A DNA stretch of 64,000 nucleotides from Candidatus Bathyarchaeota archaeon. Its GTDB lineage: Archaea; Thermoproteota; Bathyarchaeia; Bathyarchaeales; DTEX01. Within the stretch, counting starts at the first letter, position 1. Each line of letters starts with the position of its first letter. Shown one piece after another: positions 10,063 through 21,949 of the stretch. Under the pieces are notes generated by a model. The model searched no databases and had not been told where the DNA came from. It worked only from the letters and a program-made list of their open reading frames with translations. The position numbers were made by a program, and so were the translations under genes. The stretch covers positions 416,001-480,000 of the forward strand of contig CAVQNT010000006.1 in NCBI GenBank assembly GCA_963714275.1, written 5' to 3'.

Positions 10063-11149
10063 TAAAGCCCTGCAGTACACGTGGGACGAAACCATTCCTG
10101 AGGGAGTCCGAGACCCAGGATACTGCCGCATAATGGTCATGGGAGTCGGAGGGGCAGGAAACAACACCATCAATCGGCTGATGGAAGCAGGTAATGTAGC
10201 CGCCGAATGCGTTGCCCTAAACACGGATATGCAGCACCTGAAAGTTACTCACGCGAAAATTAAGCTTCTGATAGGCGAGAAACTTACCCGCGGTTTAGGT
10301 TCAGGCGGCGACCCGGAGGTTGGCAAAGCAGCCATCGAGGAATCTACTGAACAGGTGTCAAAAATCCTTGAAGGCGTCGACATAAGCTTTTGTTACAGCA
10401 GGCATGGGAGGCGGAACAGGCACAGGCGCAGCTCCTGTCGTGGCGAAACTAGCTCGAGAAAAAGGAGCCATCGTTGTAGGCGTGGTAACGATGCCTTTCA
10501 AGATTGAAAAAGGACGGATCGCCTATGCTATCAAGGGCTTAACTGAAATTCGGAGAGAATGTGACACCGTTATCGTCATAGACAACAACAAGTTGATGAG
10601 GCTGGTTCCCCAGCTACCCATAAACGAAGCGTTCAAGGTCGGAGACAGCGTCCTAGACTAACATGATAAGCGGAATAACTGAAACAATTTCCCTGCCTGA
10701 GCTTGATTAACCTTGACTTTGCAGACTTCAGGACAATCATAAAGAAAGGTGGCGTTGCTGTGGCAGGCGTCGGACAGTCTGACGCTCCGAACCGTGCTGA
10801 AGAGGCGGTGCAGAAAGCCTTGAGGATGCCATTGTTGGACGTTGATTACGCAGGGGCAAAGGGCGCATTGATCCATGTTGCTGGCGACGACCAGATGACG
10901 ATTGACGAAGCCAACAGGGTAGGCGAGATTGTGACGCAGATGATGAGCGACGACGCTCTGGTAATCTGGGGAGCAAGAATCGACCCAGCTCTGGGAGGAA
11001 CACTGAAAGTAACACTCGTGATGACTGGAGTTCACTCGCAGTACCTCTTAAACGGATACGGGTCAGGGATGCCCGAAATATTCAAGTTGGACCAAAACGG
11101 AGAAACCGCGAAACCCCACAACGTTAACCTAGGTTTATATCAAATCTAG
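10046..11149 (+). CDS. ftsZ: Cell division protein FtsZ (two frameshifts)
   Basis: [33 protein letters not shown]. Confidence 0.93.
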
Positions 11150-11174
11150 AGTTAACATTTTTCATTTTTTTCTT

Positions 11175-13205
11175 TTAGCTTATTTCTGCGCCATTTTTTA
11201 AGGGTTTTTCTGGTTGAAGCAGTACGACGTTCTTTTCGTCTTGGGCAGCTAGAATCATCACTTCGGATTCTATGCCGTAGATTTTTCGGGGTTCAAGGTT
11301 CACTATGATTGCGAGCTGCTGACCTACAAGCTGTTCAGGCGAGTAGTATTTGGCTATTCCTGCCACCGCGGGTTTCACTTGGTTGTCGCCTATGTCGATT
11401 GAAAGTTTCAGTAGATTGCTTGAGCCCTGAACTTGTTCTGCCTTAACAATTTTTCCAATACGCAGGTTCATCTTGGAAAATTCTTCGTATGAAACTTTCT
11501 GGGACGTTGCTCTCACTTTCTCCAACTTCTCCTGAATCTTTTCTTCTGAGTCTTCAATCTTGCTAAATAAAGGTTCAGGTTCATTAATCTTGTGACCTGT
11601 CAGGAGAGGCTTAACCGCGTCTTCCCATTTTAGGTTGGGGGGCAGATTCAGGAATTCTCGAAGTTTCTCGCATGTGAAGGGAATAATGGGTTCCAACAAG
11701 ACAGACAGAGCCTTGACGATCTGAACAGAAACGTAAAGCGTGTTTGCTGTTAACTGGATGTCTTCTTTGATGGTTTTCCAGGGCTTTTTGTCATTCAGGT
11801 ACTTGTTTCCTTCTCGGCTTAAATCGAGGATTTCGCGCGTTGCATCTTGCAGTTGAAACTTTTCAAAACCATTGTCTACTTTCTCGAACGTTTTTTGGAT
11901 CAGTTGAAGTACCTTTTTGTCTATTTCATCTAAGTCTTTTGAGGTTGGAACCTGCCCAGCGTAATATCTGGTTATGAACGTAAGAGTGCGGTGGACAAAG
12001 TTGCCCAGAGTGTCGTTGAGGTCCGCGTTCACTTTTTCAAGAAAAATTGCCCAGCTAAAATTGGTGTCTTTCGTTTCAGGTCGGTTGGCGATTAACGTGT
12101 ACCTCCAGTAATCTGCGGGAAATAGTTCAAGGGCTTCGTCTATCCAGATGCCGATTTTTCGGCTCTTCGACGATTTCTGTCCTTCGAAATTCAGGAATTC
12201 GTTTGTGCTTACGTTCCATGGTAGGTTGTAGCCCTCATGGGTGGCTAACAATAATGCGGGAAGAATGAGAGTGTGGAATGGGATGTTGTCTTTACCTATA
12301 AAACAGAGAACCTTCGAGTCTTCGTTGAACCAGAATTCCTTGTATTTTTCTTCATCGCCATGTTGCCTAAAATACTCAATCGTCGCTGAAACGTAGCCTA
12401 AAACGTTCTCGAACCAAACATAAAGTATTTTATCTTCAGCATCTTTGTAGGGTGCAGGAATGCCCCATTCACTGTCCCTTGTCAGCGGCCTCGGCTTAAG
12501 TCCCTCTTTGATATAGTTTAGGCTGAAGTTTCGGGCATTATCTGGCAGCTGCTTATTATTTTGAATATAGTTCAGGAGTTGCTCCGAAAATTTTGGGAGG
12601 TCGAAGTACCAATGTTTCACTTTCTGGAAAACAGGCGTTTTTCCACATATAGAACAGCGAATTTCAAGAAGTGCTATTGGGTCAATTAATCTTCCACATT
12701 GTTCGCATTGGTCTCCCCTGGCACCTTCATAACCGCAATATGGACATTTTCCTTCAACAAACCTGTCAGGAAGGAAACGGTTGCACTCTGGGCAATAAGG
12801 CAATTCGGCTTCTTGCGTGAAAACGTAGCCGTTTTTGTCTATTTTTCGGTGGATGTCTGTGACAATTTCTTTGTGAACGGGACTTTCAGTCGTGGTATAA
12901 TTGTCGAATGAGATGGTCCATTTTTTGAAAAGGTCAGAAACAAGCGCGTGGTTTCTTTCCGTCAGCTCCTTTGGCGAGATTCCCTGTTTTATGGCTTCCA
13001 CCTCAACTGGCGTCCCATGCACGTCTGAACCGCTTACGAACAGAACCTCGTCTCCCTTAAGCCTGTGATACCTTGCAAAAACGTCGGCGGAAAGTATGGG
13101 TAGAAGGTTGCCTAAATGAAGCACATGTTGGATGTAAGGCCAAGCTGAAGTAACCAAAACTTTAACGAGCGCGGTCAACCTCCAAACAACAGCAATAAAA
13201 GTCAT
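11175..13205 (-). CDS. metG: Methionyl-tRNA synthetase with C-terminal tRNA-binding domain
   Basis: HLGN, GSDVHG, zinc knuckles, GKDN, KSSKS. Confidence 0.95.
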   Translation of the reverse strand: MTFIAVVWRLTALVKVLVTSAWPYIQHVLHLGNLLPILSADVFARYHRLKGDEVLFVSGSDVHGTPVEVEAIKQGISPKELTERNHALVSDLFKKWTISFDNYTTTESPVHKEIVTDIHRKIDKNGYVFTQEAELPYCPECNRFLPDRFVEGKCPYCGYEGARGDQCEQCGRLIDPIALLEIRCSICGKTPVFQKVKHWYFDLPKFSEQLLNYIQNNKQLPDNARNFSLNYIKEGLKPRPLTRDSEWGIPAPYKDAEDKILYVWFENVLGYVSATIEYFRQHGDEEKYKEFWFNEDSKVLCFIGKDNIPFHTLILPALLLATHEGYNLPWNVSTNEFLNFEGQKSSKSRKIGIWIDEALELFPADYWRYTLIANRPETKDTNFSWAIFLEKVNADLNDTLGNFVHRTLTFITRYYAGQVPTSKDLDEIDKKVLQLIQKTFEKVDNGFEKFQLQDATREILDLSREGNKYLNDKKPWKTIKEDIQLTANTLYVSVQIVKALSVLLEPIIPFTCEKLREFLNLPPNLKWEDAVKPLLTGHKINEPEPLFSKIEDSEEKIQEKLEKVRATSQKVSYEEFSKMNLRIGKIVKAEQVQGSSNLLKLSIDIGDNQVKPAVAGIAKYYSPEQLVGQQLAIIVNLEPRKIYGIESEVMILAAQDEKNVVLLQPEKPLKNGAEIS

Positions 13206-13241
13206 ATACTAATACTTAAGTAACACGGAGAAGCAGCCAGT

Positions 13242-14688
13242 TTATGCCTGTGCCTTGTTCTTCATATTCTGGACTTGAACAAGAATGCGCTTCAGTATTT
13301 CTTCGTCAGAAAGGCAACCCGTGGGCGGGTTAACAATTTTTCTTAAAGGCAAAGGCACGTGGTCCATGCGGTAAGCTGTTCCTTCCACCTCGATGCCTGC
13401 AAAAGCTGAAGGAATCACAACGTCCGCCATTAACGCTGTTGGCGAAAGATGTGGATCAACAACGACCAACGGATTCTTAACCAATACGTTGACGGATTCT
13501 CGGGGGAAGCTGGACACAGGGTCAGCAGCTACCACAAGCGCAGCGTCGCAGTCTCCTCGGCGTAATACGTCCACGGCTGAGGTTTCTCCTGGATTGTAAC
13601 GTGGGTAACCGTGAGAGAAGTCCACCGCATACGGGAATCCTGTTTGCCACGTGAAGACTGCGTCAGCCCCAGTAACGTTGTAGTGCCCCCTCATGGGCAT
13701 TATGAGAAATTTTGTCCATCTGTTCAGGTCTTGCGTCAGCTTAATCGCTGCTTCAACGTTTCTGTGTTTTCCTTCGCTCATTGTGAGACCTAATCCAAAG
13801 AAGATGACCCCAAATTTAGAGTTTAACATGATGTCAGAGATTTCTTCAAGGTCCGCTATGGGCACTCCGCCAACCACGTCGATGTCTAGTTCCTCGTCAC
13901 GTACCAAGGCTCGAAGCGCCTGCAAAACATCATAGTCCTTGCCAGGTTCGACCTGTACAAAGTAGTCAGCTATGTCGGCTGAACGTGTCCTGCGAACATC
14001 AACGACTATGACTTTGCGTTCTTCGCCATGAAACATTTCAGACTTAGCCGTGCGTTCTTCTTTGACAGCAGAGGAACTGGCTTGTTTTTCGGTTAATCCA
14101 GACTATCCTCGCTACCTTCTTTCTAATGGAATCAGCGTTGAATCGTTGCCAAAAACATTTCCAGATGCTCTTTTGGAACCTTCCCTCTGAAAGGGCTGTG
14201 TAACGTTCAATGTGGCGGGGATGGGCGCTCCACGGGTTGCTTCCCCAATAGATGATGAGGTCTGCACGGTGCCTTATCTGACCCAAGGTGGCCCCGACGA
14301 GTCCAACATCTTGAACTGCGAGTGTCGAAGGTCCGTGGCAAATTGTAGAAGTGTTGTCGATGGTTCCACCTACCTCTTCAGCTAGTTCAAGTCCGACCTT
14401 GATGGCTTCGCAACTGGTGCAGCTCCAACCATAAAGCAGCGGATATTGCGAATTTACGAGGATTTCCGCGCTTTTCCTGATTGCTTCGTCCATTGATGTT
14501 TCTACGAGTTTTCCGTCTTTCCTTATCATGGAGCTTGTGTTTCTGTGTTCATTGAATTTTTCGAATTTTGCAGCGCTTAGGGCGCATGCGTTCTTTACTT
14601 CTATTATTTTGTTACCTTCGATTATGACCTCTATGTCGTCGCAGCAGCACCCACAAACTGGGCAAACGACATTCAAGACCACAGGCAA
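13242..14688 (-). CDS. fwdB: Formylmethanofuran dehydrogenase subunit B (frameshifted)
   Basis: CPVCGCCCDD, CHGPS, AHPRH, MRGHYNVTG, GTAYRMD. Confidence 0.92.
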
Positions 14689-14701
14689 CTTTGTTTCCTT
14701 C

Positions 14702-15097
14702 TTACATTACTTTTCCTTGGACGTTCAATAAAAGTTCATGAATGCTTTGAATCTCAGAATCGGAAGGTTCAACGGTCGCCTTGATACCCTTCAGCGACGG
14801 CATTCCAGTTCCATCCGTGTTCGATGTTAAGACTTGGTTTACCCACGGACCATAAGGAATGAACGCCATGCTAGGTGTTTTAATTCTTCGTGACTTCTTT
14901 GCTTTAAGCACAACTGAACCAAACTCGGTTGTCACCTTTACGTTGCTGTTATCTTTGATTCCGAGCTTTTTCATGTCTTCCGCGTTCATCTCGCAGACTG
15001 CAACGTTTTCCACATATTCTTCAGAGAATTTGCCTGCTTCTTTTCCGCAACCCTGGTCTATCGTTCTACCCGTCAGCAGCGTGACTTCCAATCCCAA
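14702..15097 (-). CDS. fwdD: Formylmethanofuran dehydrogenase subunit D
   Basis: LLTGRTIDQG, FIPYGPWVN, TGMPSLKG. Confidence 0.92.
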   Translation of the reverse strand: MGLEVTLLTGRTIDQGCGKEAGKFSEEYVENVAVCEMNAEDMKKLGIKDNSNVKVTTEFGSVVLKAKKSRRIKTPSMAFIPYGPWVNQVLTSNTDGTGMPSLKGIKATVEPSDSEIQSIHELLLNVQGKVM

Positions 15098-15310
15098 TCA
15101 TCAACTACCGTATTGTTTACTTTGTATTCGCTTCCGCGTTAATCAACTTACCGTTGAACAATATTAGCGACTTTGTGTCATAAAAGAAATCTACATACAA
15201 TCATTATGAAATTTCTATTAAGCCTTAATATGGCTGAGACGTATATTCCTAAATTAAGACACCACAAAAAAGAGTCGATGATCATACGACAAGAAGCGGA
15301 GAAATGATGA

Positions 15311-16207
15311 ATGCCTAAACTGAACGGAGTTGAAATTGAGGACACTTTTGCAGAGCTTTTCGAAATGTGGGCTGGCAGAATCATAATCACAGCTGAAAAT
15401 GGGAAGTGGGCTCTCACTGCAGCTAATGTCGCAACAGGATACGCTTCCTCGATTATTGGTTCACCCGCTGAAGCTGGCATAGAATCCAACGTTGCATTAA
15501 ATGAAACTCCTGACGGCAGACCTGGCGCGATCATTCAGATTTATCACCAAACGAGGAGTGACCTTAAAAAACAGATGATTGGCAGAATAGGGCAGTGCGT
15601 CATGACGTGTCCCACAACAGCTGCTTTCGACGGTTTACCTTCAGCAGTCAGAAAGCTCAGGGTTGGCAGAAGCCTCCGGTTCTTTGGCGATGGCTTCCAG
15701 AAAAAAGAAGAGTTTGAAGGCAGAAAAATTTGGCATATTCCGGTTATGGAAGGTGAGTTCGTTGTTGAAAGCAGCTTCGGCGCTGCGAAGGCTGTGGCTG
15801 GGGGCAACTTTCTCATCTTTGCATCCGACTTTAGAAGTGGTCTCAGAGCAGCTGAGGAAGCTGTTGATTCTATTCGTCGCAACGCGAAACATGTGATTAT
15901 GCCTTTTCCGGGAGGAATATGCAGGTCCGGCTCCAAAGTTGGCTCCTTGAAGTATAAGCTTCCAGCATCGACTAATCATCTGTTCTGTCCAACATTAATA
16001 GACTATGTTCCAGACACACAGGTTCCGAAGAACGTAAAAAGCATATACGAAATTGTGATCAACGGTCTCGACTTGGAATCCGTAAAGAAGGCAATGAGCG
16101 AAGGAATAAAGGCAGCCGATAAAGTTGAAGGCGTAGTTAAAATTTCCGCAGGCAACTATGGCGGAAAAATTGGTCCTATGAGAATATTCTTACGCGACAT
16201 TGTATAA
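15311..16207 (+). CDS. ftr: Formylmethanofuran:H4MPT formyltransferase
   Basis: IEDTFAE, TPDGRPG, QCVMTCPTT, RSGSKVGS, SAGNYGG. Confidence 0.95.
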   Translation: MPKLNGVEIEDTFAELFEMWAGRIIITAENGKWALTAANVATGYASSIIGSPAEAGIESNVALNETPDGRPGAIIQIYHQTRSDLKKQMIGRIGQCVMTCPTTAAFDGLPSAVRKLRVGRSLRFFGDGFQKKEEFEGRKIWHIPVMEGEFVVESSFGAAKAVAGGNFLIFASDFRSGLRAAEEAVDSIRRNAKHVIMPFPGGICRSGSKVGSLKYKLPASTNHLFCPTLIDYVPDTQVPKNVKSIYEIVINGLDLESVKKAMSEGIKAADKVEGVVKISAGNYGGKIGPMRIFLRDIV

Positions 16208-16356
16208 TAGAAGCTTTTATTGGTCCATGTCTTGGCTGAAGCGTTCTTCCCCATGTTTTATGTGCAAAATTTCCTTAAATATTAGTTTATTATGAACAGA
16301 AACCAGAAGCGAAGACTTACATCGATGTTAGTTCAACTTTTTCGTGCGGGACTTAC

Positions 16357-17281
16357 ATGACCAAATGTTCAGTTTGTAAACGGAACAAAGCTTTTTATGT
16401 TCGGGTTCACTCAGGGGAGAAACTTTGCAGGAAATGTTTTCTCAGTTCAGTCGAAAACAAGGTTCGGGTCACAATTGGCAAACATCGAATGTTCGACATA
16501 AATGACCGAATCGCCGTTGCGGTTTCAGGAGGAAAAGACAGCGTCAGCCTCCTGCATGTACTTTCAAAGATCGAGGCGGACTTTCCACAATCAACTTTAC
16601 AGGCAATAACCGTCGACGAAGGCATAAAGGGATACAGAGACGAAGCAGTAAAAAATGCAGAGGAAAACTGCAGCCAACTCGGAGTCAAACACTTAACGGT
16701 GTCTTTCAAGGAGACTTTTGGCTACACCTTGGACGAGATTGTAAAAAAGACCTGCAATGAAAAGATGACGCCGTGCGCCTATTGCGGAGTTCTGAGAAGA
16801 AGAGCCCTGAATGTCGCAGCGAAGCAGGTTGAAGCATACAAGATTGCCACAGCGCACACTTTGGACGACGAGATTCAGACTTTCCTCCTCAACATTGTGC
16901 ACGGTGACCCATCAAGAATAGCCCGTTCAAATCCTGTTTTCAGACTCGAAACATTCGAGGCTGGTGCCAAGGGTGAAGCCTTTCTGCGAAATTACGGAAC
17001 GAGAATCCGCGTTATACGCTTTTACGATACGTATACCGTTTCAGGAGATGCCTTGCCCTTACGCAGGTGAAGCCCTAAGGAATGACGTTCGTAACACGCT
17101 TAACAGGCTTGAGGAAAAACATCCTAGCATGAAATACACCATTTATGGGTCTATGGAGAAAGTTCAACATGCATTCGAAGCAACAGCTGAAGAAACAATT
17201 TTGAAAGAATGCCAAGAATGTGGAGAACCGACAACCACAAACCTATGCCGAACTTGCCAAATCCTGCAAAAACTTGCATAA
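16357..17281 (+). CDS. TtuA/Ncs6-like tRNA 2-thiolation PP-loop protein (frameshifted)
   Basis: N- and C-terminal zinc fingers, SGGKDS, CAYCGVLRR, CPY. Confidence 0.88.
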
Positions 17282-17318
17282 CTATAAAGACTGTGAAGCA
17301 GGCAGAACAAGAGAAAAT

Positions 17319-17647
17319 GGCGGGCCACTGAGGTTGGACGCACAGTTTTCACCGGGTTCCATCGGACTCTTCACTCGTACCCGCACCCCTCTGAGCGCCG
17401 AACGTCCAAGCCTAGGTTGCTCCCTCCCGGGCCTAGCCAGGTTCACCTGGCAAACACAGTAACGGCCTCCTTACAGAGGACGCTCCGCGACCGCCAGCCC
17501 CAGAGGACGGATACTCATAGATGGACGACCGAGGTTCCCTGTGATCTTTTACGCCTCGCCTCAGCTGTCAGTCCGTCGTGAAGGGGGTTTACGGTCAAGG
17601 CTTTGAAGCCTCTCAAGGGACCCCTAGCCCCCCACTTGAGACCCGCC
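17319..17647 (-). ncRNA. ffs: Archaeal SRP (7S) RNA
   Basis: About 330-nt GC-rich intergenic stretch; ends GGCGGGU.../...GGCCCGCC pair; helix 8 signature AGGCCCGGGAGGGAGCAACCU. Confidence 0.88.
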
Positions 17648-17697
17648 AAGAAAAACTAACGCTTAAGGATGTTAATAAAAGCTTTTGGAAATCTAAC

Positions 17698-19020
17698 TTA
17701 ACCTCTCTTCAGAATCTGCATCAGCATGGGCATTAGTTCGGTTCCGTGTTCTAATATGTCTAGGCTTCCTTTTCGGCAGCTTTTTCGGAGAATTCTTTTA
17801 TGCCGTCTGGTATGAGTTTGGCGCTTGCTATCAGTAATGGCACAGGGTCGTCGCTGTGGGCTTTCAGTTCGCACGGTGTCGAATGGTCAGCTGTTACGCA
17901 AATAAGTGTTTCTTTGAGGTTGATTTTTTGCATGATCCGCCCAAAGAAGTGTTTGTCGATGCCTGCGATTATCTGGGTCTTGTGTAGGTAGTCGCCGTCG
18001 TGCCCAGGTTCGTCGGGTCCTTTCAAGTGAATGTAGAAACAGTCGTATGACGGAAGGAGGTTCAGGAGGTTTTCGACCCTCATTTTCATGTCAGCCTCAA
18101 TGTCGGGAGAAGGAGGAGGAAGCTCAACCAAATCCATCCCCGCCAGCCTCGAGATTCCTCTTTCAACAGGCATGTCAGCTAAACAGGCAAAACGGACTCC
18201 GTAACGCTCATTGATGTCAAAGAATTTAGGCAACTCGTCACCTGCATCCCTTGACAATACAACGTTTGCCTTCAATTTTCCCTCAACTGCCCGCATCAGG
18301 TTCACCTCGTGCTTGTCCAGAACCTTGTGGCTTTTCTCGGTGAACTCGTTCACGAGCTGCGCCGAAATCTTCGCGGACTTCGTGTCAGCCATGGGCAAAC
18401 ATTCAGCTAGAACCATCTCAACATCTTTTTTGGCAACTCCGAGACCCGGACACTCTTTCATATGCGGGGTCTGTGTTCGAAATTTTGCCCGAAAGAAGAG
18501 TCTTCTTGCTTTTTATGACTAAGACGCCTCGGTGCCCAAGCGTGCTTTTAAAATATAATTCTGCAGGATGGGATTCCAGCTTCACCTTTTGGTTCATTTC
18601 TTCAGCAAGTATCGCTGCTTCTTCGGTTGACAGGTTTCTACCCGCTCTCCGGTCGATCAGTCTATTATTTTCGCCGAGGGTGGCAAAGTTGCATCTTAAG
18701 GCTAGGTCGCCGTTTTTCATGTCTAATCCAGCACCGTAGGCTTCCAGAGGTCCTCGTCCAACGTGGTACCTGTAAGGATCATAGCCTAGAATCGAGATGA
18801 CTGCCACGTCGCTTTCGGGCGCAATGCCTCTCCCAACAGTGTACATTAGACCGAGTTTTCCTTTGGTTGCCAAAAAATTCATGTTAAGGGCGTCAGCGAA
18901 CTCAAGGGGCGTTTTGTTGCCAAGCTCCGGGATAGGAAGGTCGCCCATGCCGTCTATAACCACATAAATGAGTTTCAGGGGTTGTTCCGCTCCTATAATT
19001 TGTTTGTATAGTTGCATCAA
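17698..19020 (-). CDS. apgM: BPG-independent phosphoglycerate mutase (frameshifted)
   Basis: IDGMGD, KTPLE, PESDVA, HLKGPDEPGHDG, TADHSTP, HSDDPVP. Confidence 0.92.
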
Positions 19021-19151
19021 TATGCTGTTGGGAATCTATAAAACCTTATAGTTGCCATATTGAGGAAAGGAAGAATTTACTTTAGGCACAGACAGACTTA
19101 TTAGAAAAAAAAGGCAAATCTAACACAGCATCATGGAGGGAAAGACGGATT

Positions 19152-20193
19152 ATGCCAGTTTTCACGGCTGAACAGTTAGGGAATGTTGGAACCAAAATTT
19201 TTTTGGCTGCAGGTGCACCGCACGAGGATGCTGAATGGGTTTCGAAGCTCCTCGTTAAAGCGAATCTCGTAGGGCATGACTCTCACGGCGTCATACGAAT
19301 CATGCAGTACGTGAGGGCAATCCAGAAGGGAGACATTAACCCGAACGCAAAAACTGAGGTTGTGAAAGAAACTCGTGCCTCAGCGTTAGTGAACGGAAAT
19401 TGGGGATTTGGACAAATAGTTGCTAGAAAAGCTATGGAAATCGCCATCAGCAAGGCACGGGAGAACACATGTGCCACCGTCTGTGCCTATGATTGTTATC
19501 ACATTGGTAGGCTGGCGGACTATTCGGAGATGGCTGCCGAGAACGGCATGATTGGATTAGTAATGGCGAACTCTCCCAGAAGCGTAGCAGTCTACGGAGG
19601 ATTGGACCGTTTGCTCAGCACTGGACCGTTGAGCTACGCTTTTCCAACCAGCGGCAAAGTTCCGTTCGTTCTGGACATTGCTACGAGCGTTATCGCGGAA
19701 GGGAAAGTCAGGGTCACGCTTCACAAGGGAGGCAAACTTCCAGAAGGCTGCATAATCGACAAAAACGGGAATCCGTCCACGAATCCCTCTGACCTCTACG
19801 ACGGTGGAGCCTTGTTGCCTTTAGGTGGCGACTCTTTTGGGTACAAAGGGTTCGGGATTGGGCTCGTAGTCGAGGTTTTAAGTGGCATCCTTTCAAAGTC
19901 AGGCTTCTCGTACCTGCCTGAAAAAAGGGGGAACGGCTTGTTCTTTCAAGACTATTGACATTGAAAGCTTCATGCCTGTTAACGAATTCAAGGAACAGGT
20001 TGATGCCCTCGTCCAAAAAATCAAATCATCGAAGCTCAGACCCGGATTCACGGAGATTCTGATACCCGGGGAACCTGAATTCAGGACTGAAAAGGAACGG
20101 TTGAAGAACGGAATCTCAATACCCGACAGGACTTTGGAAGAGATCAGGGCTACGGCGACAACATTAGGTTTGAACGTGGACACCTTAATTTGA
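19152..20193 (+). CDS. Ldh_2-family (malate/L-lactate/sulfolactate/ureidoglycolate) dehydrogenase (frameshifted)
   Basis: GHDSHG, HIGRL, LDIATS, GYKGFG, LIPGEPE. Confidence 0.88.
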
Positions 20194-20413
20194 CAATGAT
20201 TGCCTTGGGTTTGGCGTGATGATAAAAAAATTTTAATAATGATTTTTTTTCATTGTTTGATGCATTTTCCGTTATTGTTTTACGAATTTTTTACAGTTAA
20301 ATGTTAACCATTGTGGTTAGCCTTGAAGAACGGGATATTATTTTCTGATATACACGCATGATGGAAAGATGTTTAACCATACATTGTTATTATGAAACGG
20401 GCTAGGCGGGCAT

Positions 20414-21209
20414 ATGGGTCTCACCGATCTTATTGCGGATCTCGATTCTTACCTCAAAACGGGAGAAAAAGAACTGGAAGCTCTACATAATCTACTGCTT
20501 AATGGCAGGATTTCTCGATCAACTTTCGATCTGGTGGAAAAGAAGGTTAACCGAAAAAAGTCGCTTGTCTCGGAACTGAAAGAAGCCCTCAAAGCGGAAG
20601 AAGACTACTGGCAGAACAGCCTTTCGGACGCAACTCGGATTTTAGAGTGTCTTCTCGTAGAGTCTGAACACAGGCATCTTCTGGGCGAAATCAGCGAAGA
20701 CGAACTAAAACAGAAAGGCAGCATCATAAGCCTTGGGCTTGCATCTCTTACGAACAAAGATATTTCAGTAAATACCGTGATACAGGAGCCTGCCCAGCCC
20801 TTACAGATGACCCTTGAGCGGCACACGATCCCAGAGAATGCGCCAAAGCAAGAGATAATGGCAGTAGAAGAACCAGTAGTAGTGAAAGAAGAGCTAAATC
20901 ACTGAAAAGCCAATAGCAGATGAACCTGTTGCACCACCAACCTTAGCTGAAGAGAAAGTGGACATCGAATCTGTTCAACCCAAAAAGTCGCCTAACGGAG
21001 GACAGGCACCCAGCAAACGCAGAAAACCTCTAGCCAAGGAGCCGCCTGAAGTTGACTCTTCAGTTGGCTCGTCGGTTCACTGCATGAACCCGTGGAAGCC
21101 GGATTGCCGAAACACCGACATCGAGCTAAGCATTTACTATAAGGGACGTTCAATACCCATTTGCCGTAAATGCTGGGAAGAAATCTCCGACAAGAACATC
21201 GAATGGTAA
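20414..21209 (+). CDS. CdvA-like coiled-coil protein with a C-terminal Cys4 motif (frameshifted near 20900)
   Basis: ALHNLLLNGRISRSTFD and RHLLGEISEDEL CdvA-like repeats; C-terminal CMNPW..C...PICRKCW. Confidence 0.6.
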
Positions 21210-21301
21210 ACTCGTAAATAATGGAACATTTTACACGCAATTCTTGCATATACAAAATCTATAGACGCATTTTAGAACTGAAGTTTCAAGCGTTTCCGTC
21301 T

Positions 21302-21390
21302 GGTCTGATTTGTTCAACATCCGAATTTGGTGTTTGAACAACAAATACTATCTTCAGGAGGCTATCTGATTTGTGTGACATTAGAGTTTT
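21302..21390 (+). repeat. Two more copies of the GGTCTGWTTTGTKYRACA repeat
   Basis: ggtctgatttgttcaaca at 21302-21319; tatctgatttgtgtgacattagagtttt at 21363-21390. Confidence 0.7.
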
Positions 21391-21458
21391 TTGTTTTTTT
21401 GTTACAATTGGTGTCTTTTATCTTTTATGAATGGTTCCTGAGACATTCGTTGAAGCGT

Positions 21459-21911
21459 CTACTTAATCATTTCGTCCAGTTGGCAGTAACCTGCGTTCAC
21501 TCTTTTCTGCATTTCTTTGACCCAGTTGTCGACTCCTGCAACCTTGATTCGCTTCAAATTCTCTAATGTGCCCACTAGATGTAGCAGTTTTTCGCAGGTG
21601 TCCATTTCGGTGCATTCTACGCAAGTTACGTAACTTTTTTGTCTGCAACACTGACGAACAACGCAGCTTGGGTCTCCGCCACCGTCAACGCATCCTTGGC
21701 ACTCACCAAAGAGCTTAACGAATCCGTCTAGAACCTTCTCGAATTCTGCGTAATGTTGGAATGCTGGTTCATATTTTGCCAGTTCTGGAGCGAACTTGTT
21801 GAAGCCGTAAGCGTATATTGTTTTTCGCAGGTTTTCAGCTGCCTGTTTTATTCGACCTTGTTGTATTCCGCAGGCTCCGCAGTATAAGCCGCAATAGCCC
21901 ACCAATTTCAT
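21459..21911 (-). CDS. DUF3795 Cys-rich protein
   Basis: GYCGLYCGAC, CQGC, C.VRQCC, CVEC. Confidence 0.8.
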   Translation of the reverse strand: MKLVGYCGLYCGACGIQQGRIKQAAENLRKTIYAYGFNKFAPELAKYEPAFQHYAEFEKVLDGFVKLFGECQGCVDGGGDPSCVVRQCCRQKSYVTCVECTEMDTCEKLLHLVGTLENLKRIKVAGVDNWVKEMQKRVNAGYCQLDEMIK

Positions 21912-21949
21912 ATTGTTGCCACTCAACAACAGACACCTTCCACATAATG

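Noticed and set aside
14330-14350. Selenocysteine in FwdB
   Set aside because: The ligand codon is TGC (CHGP), not TGA.
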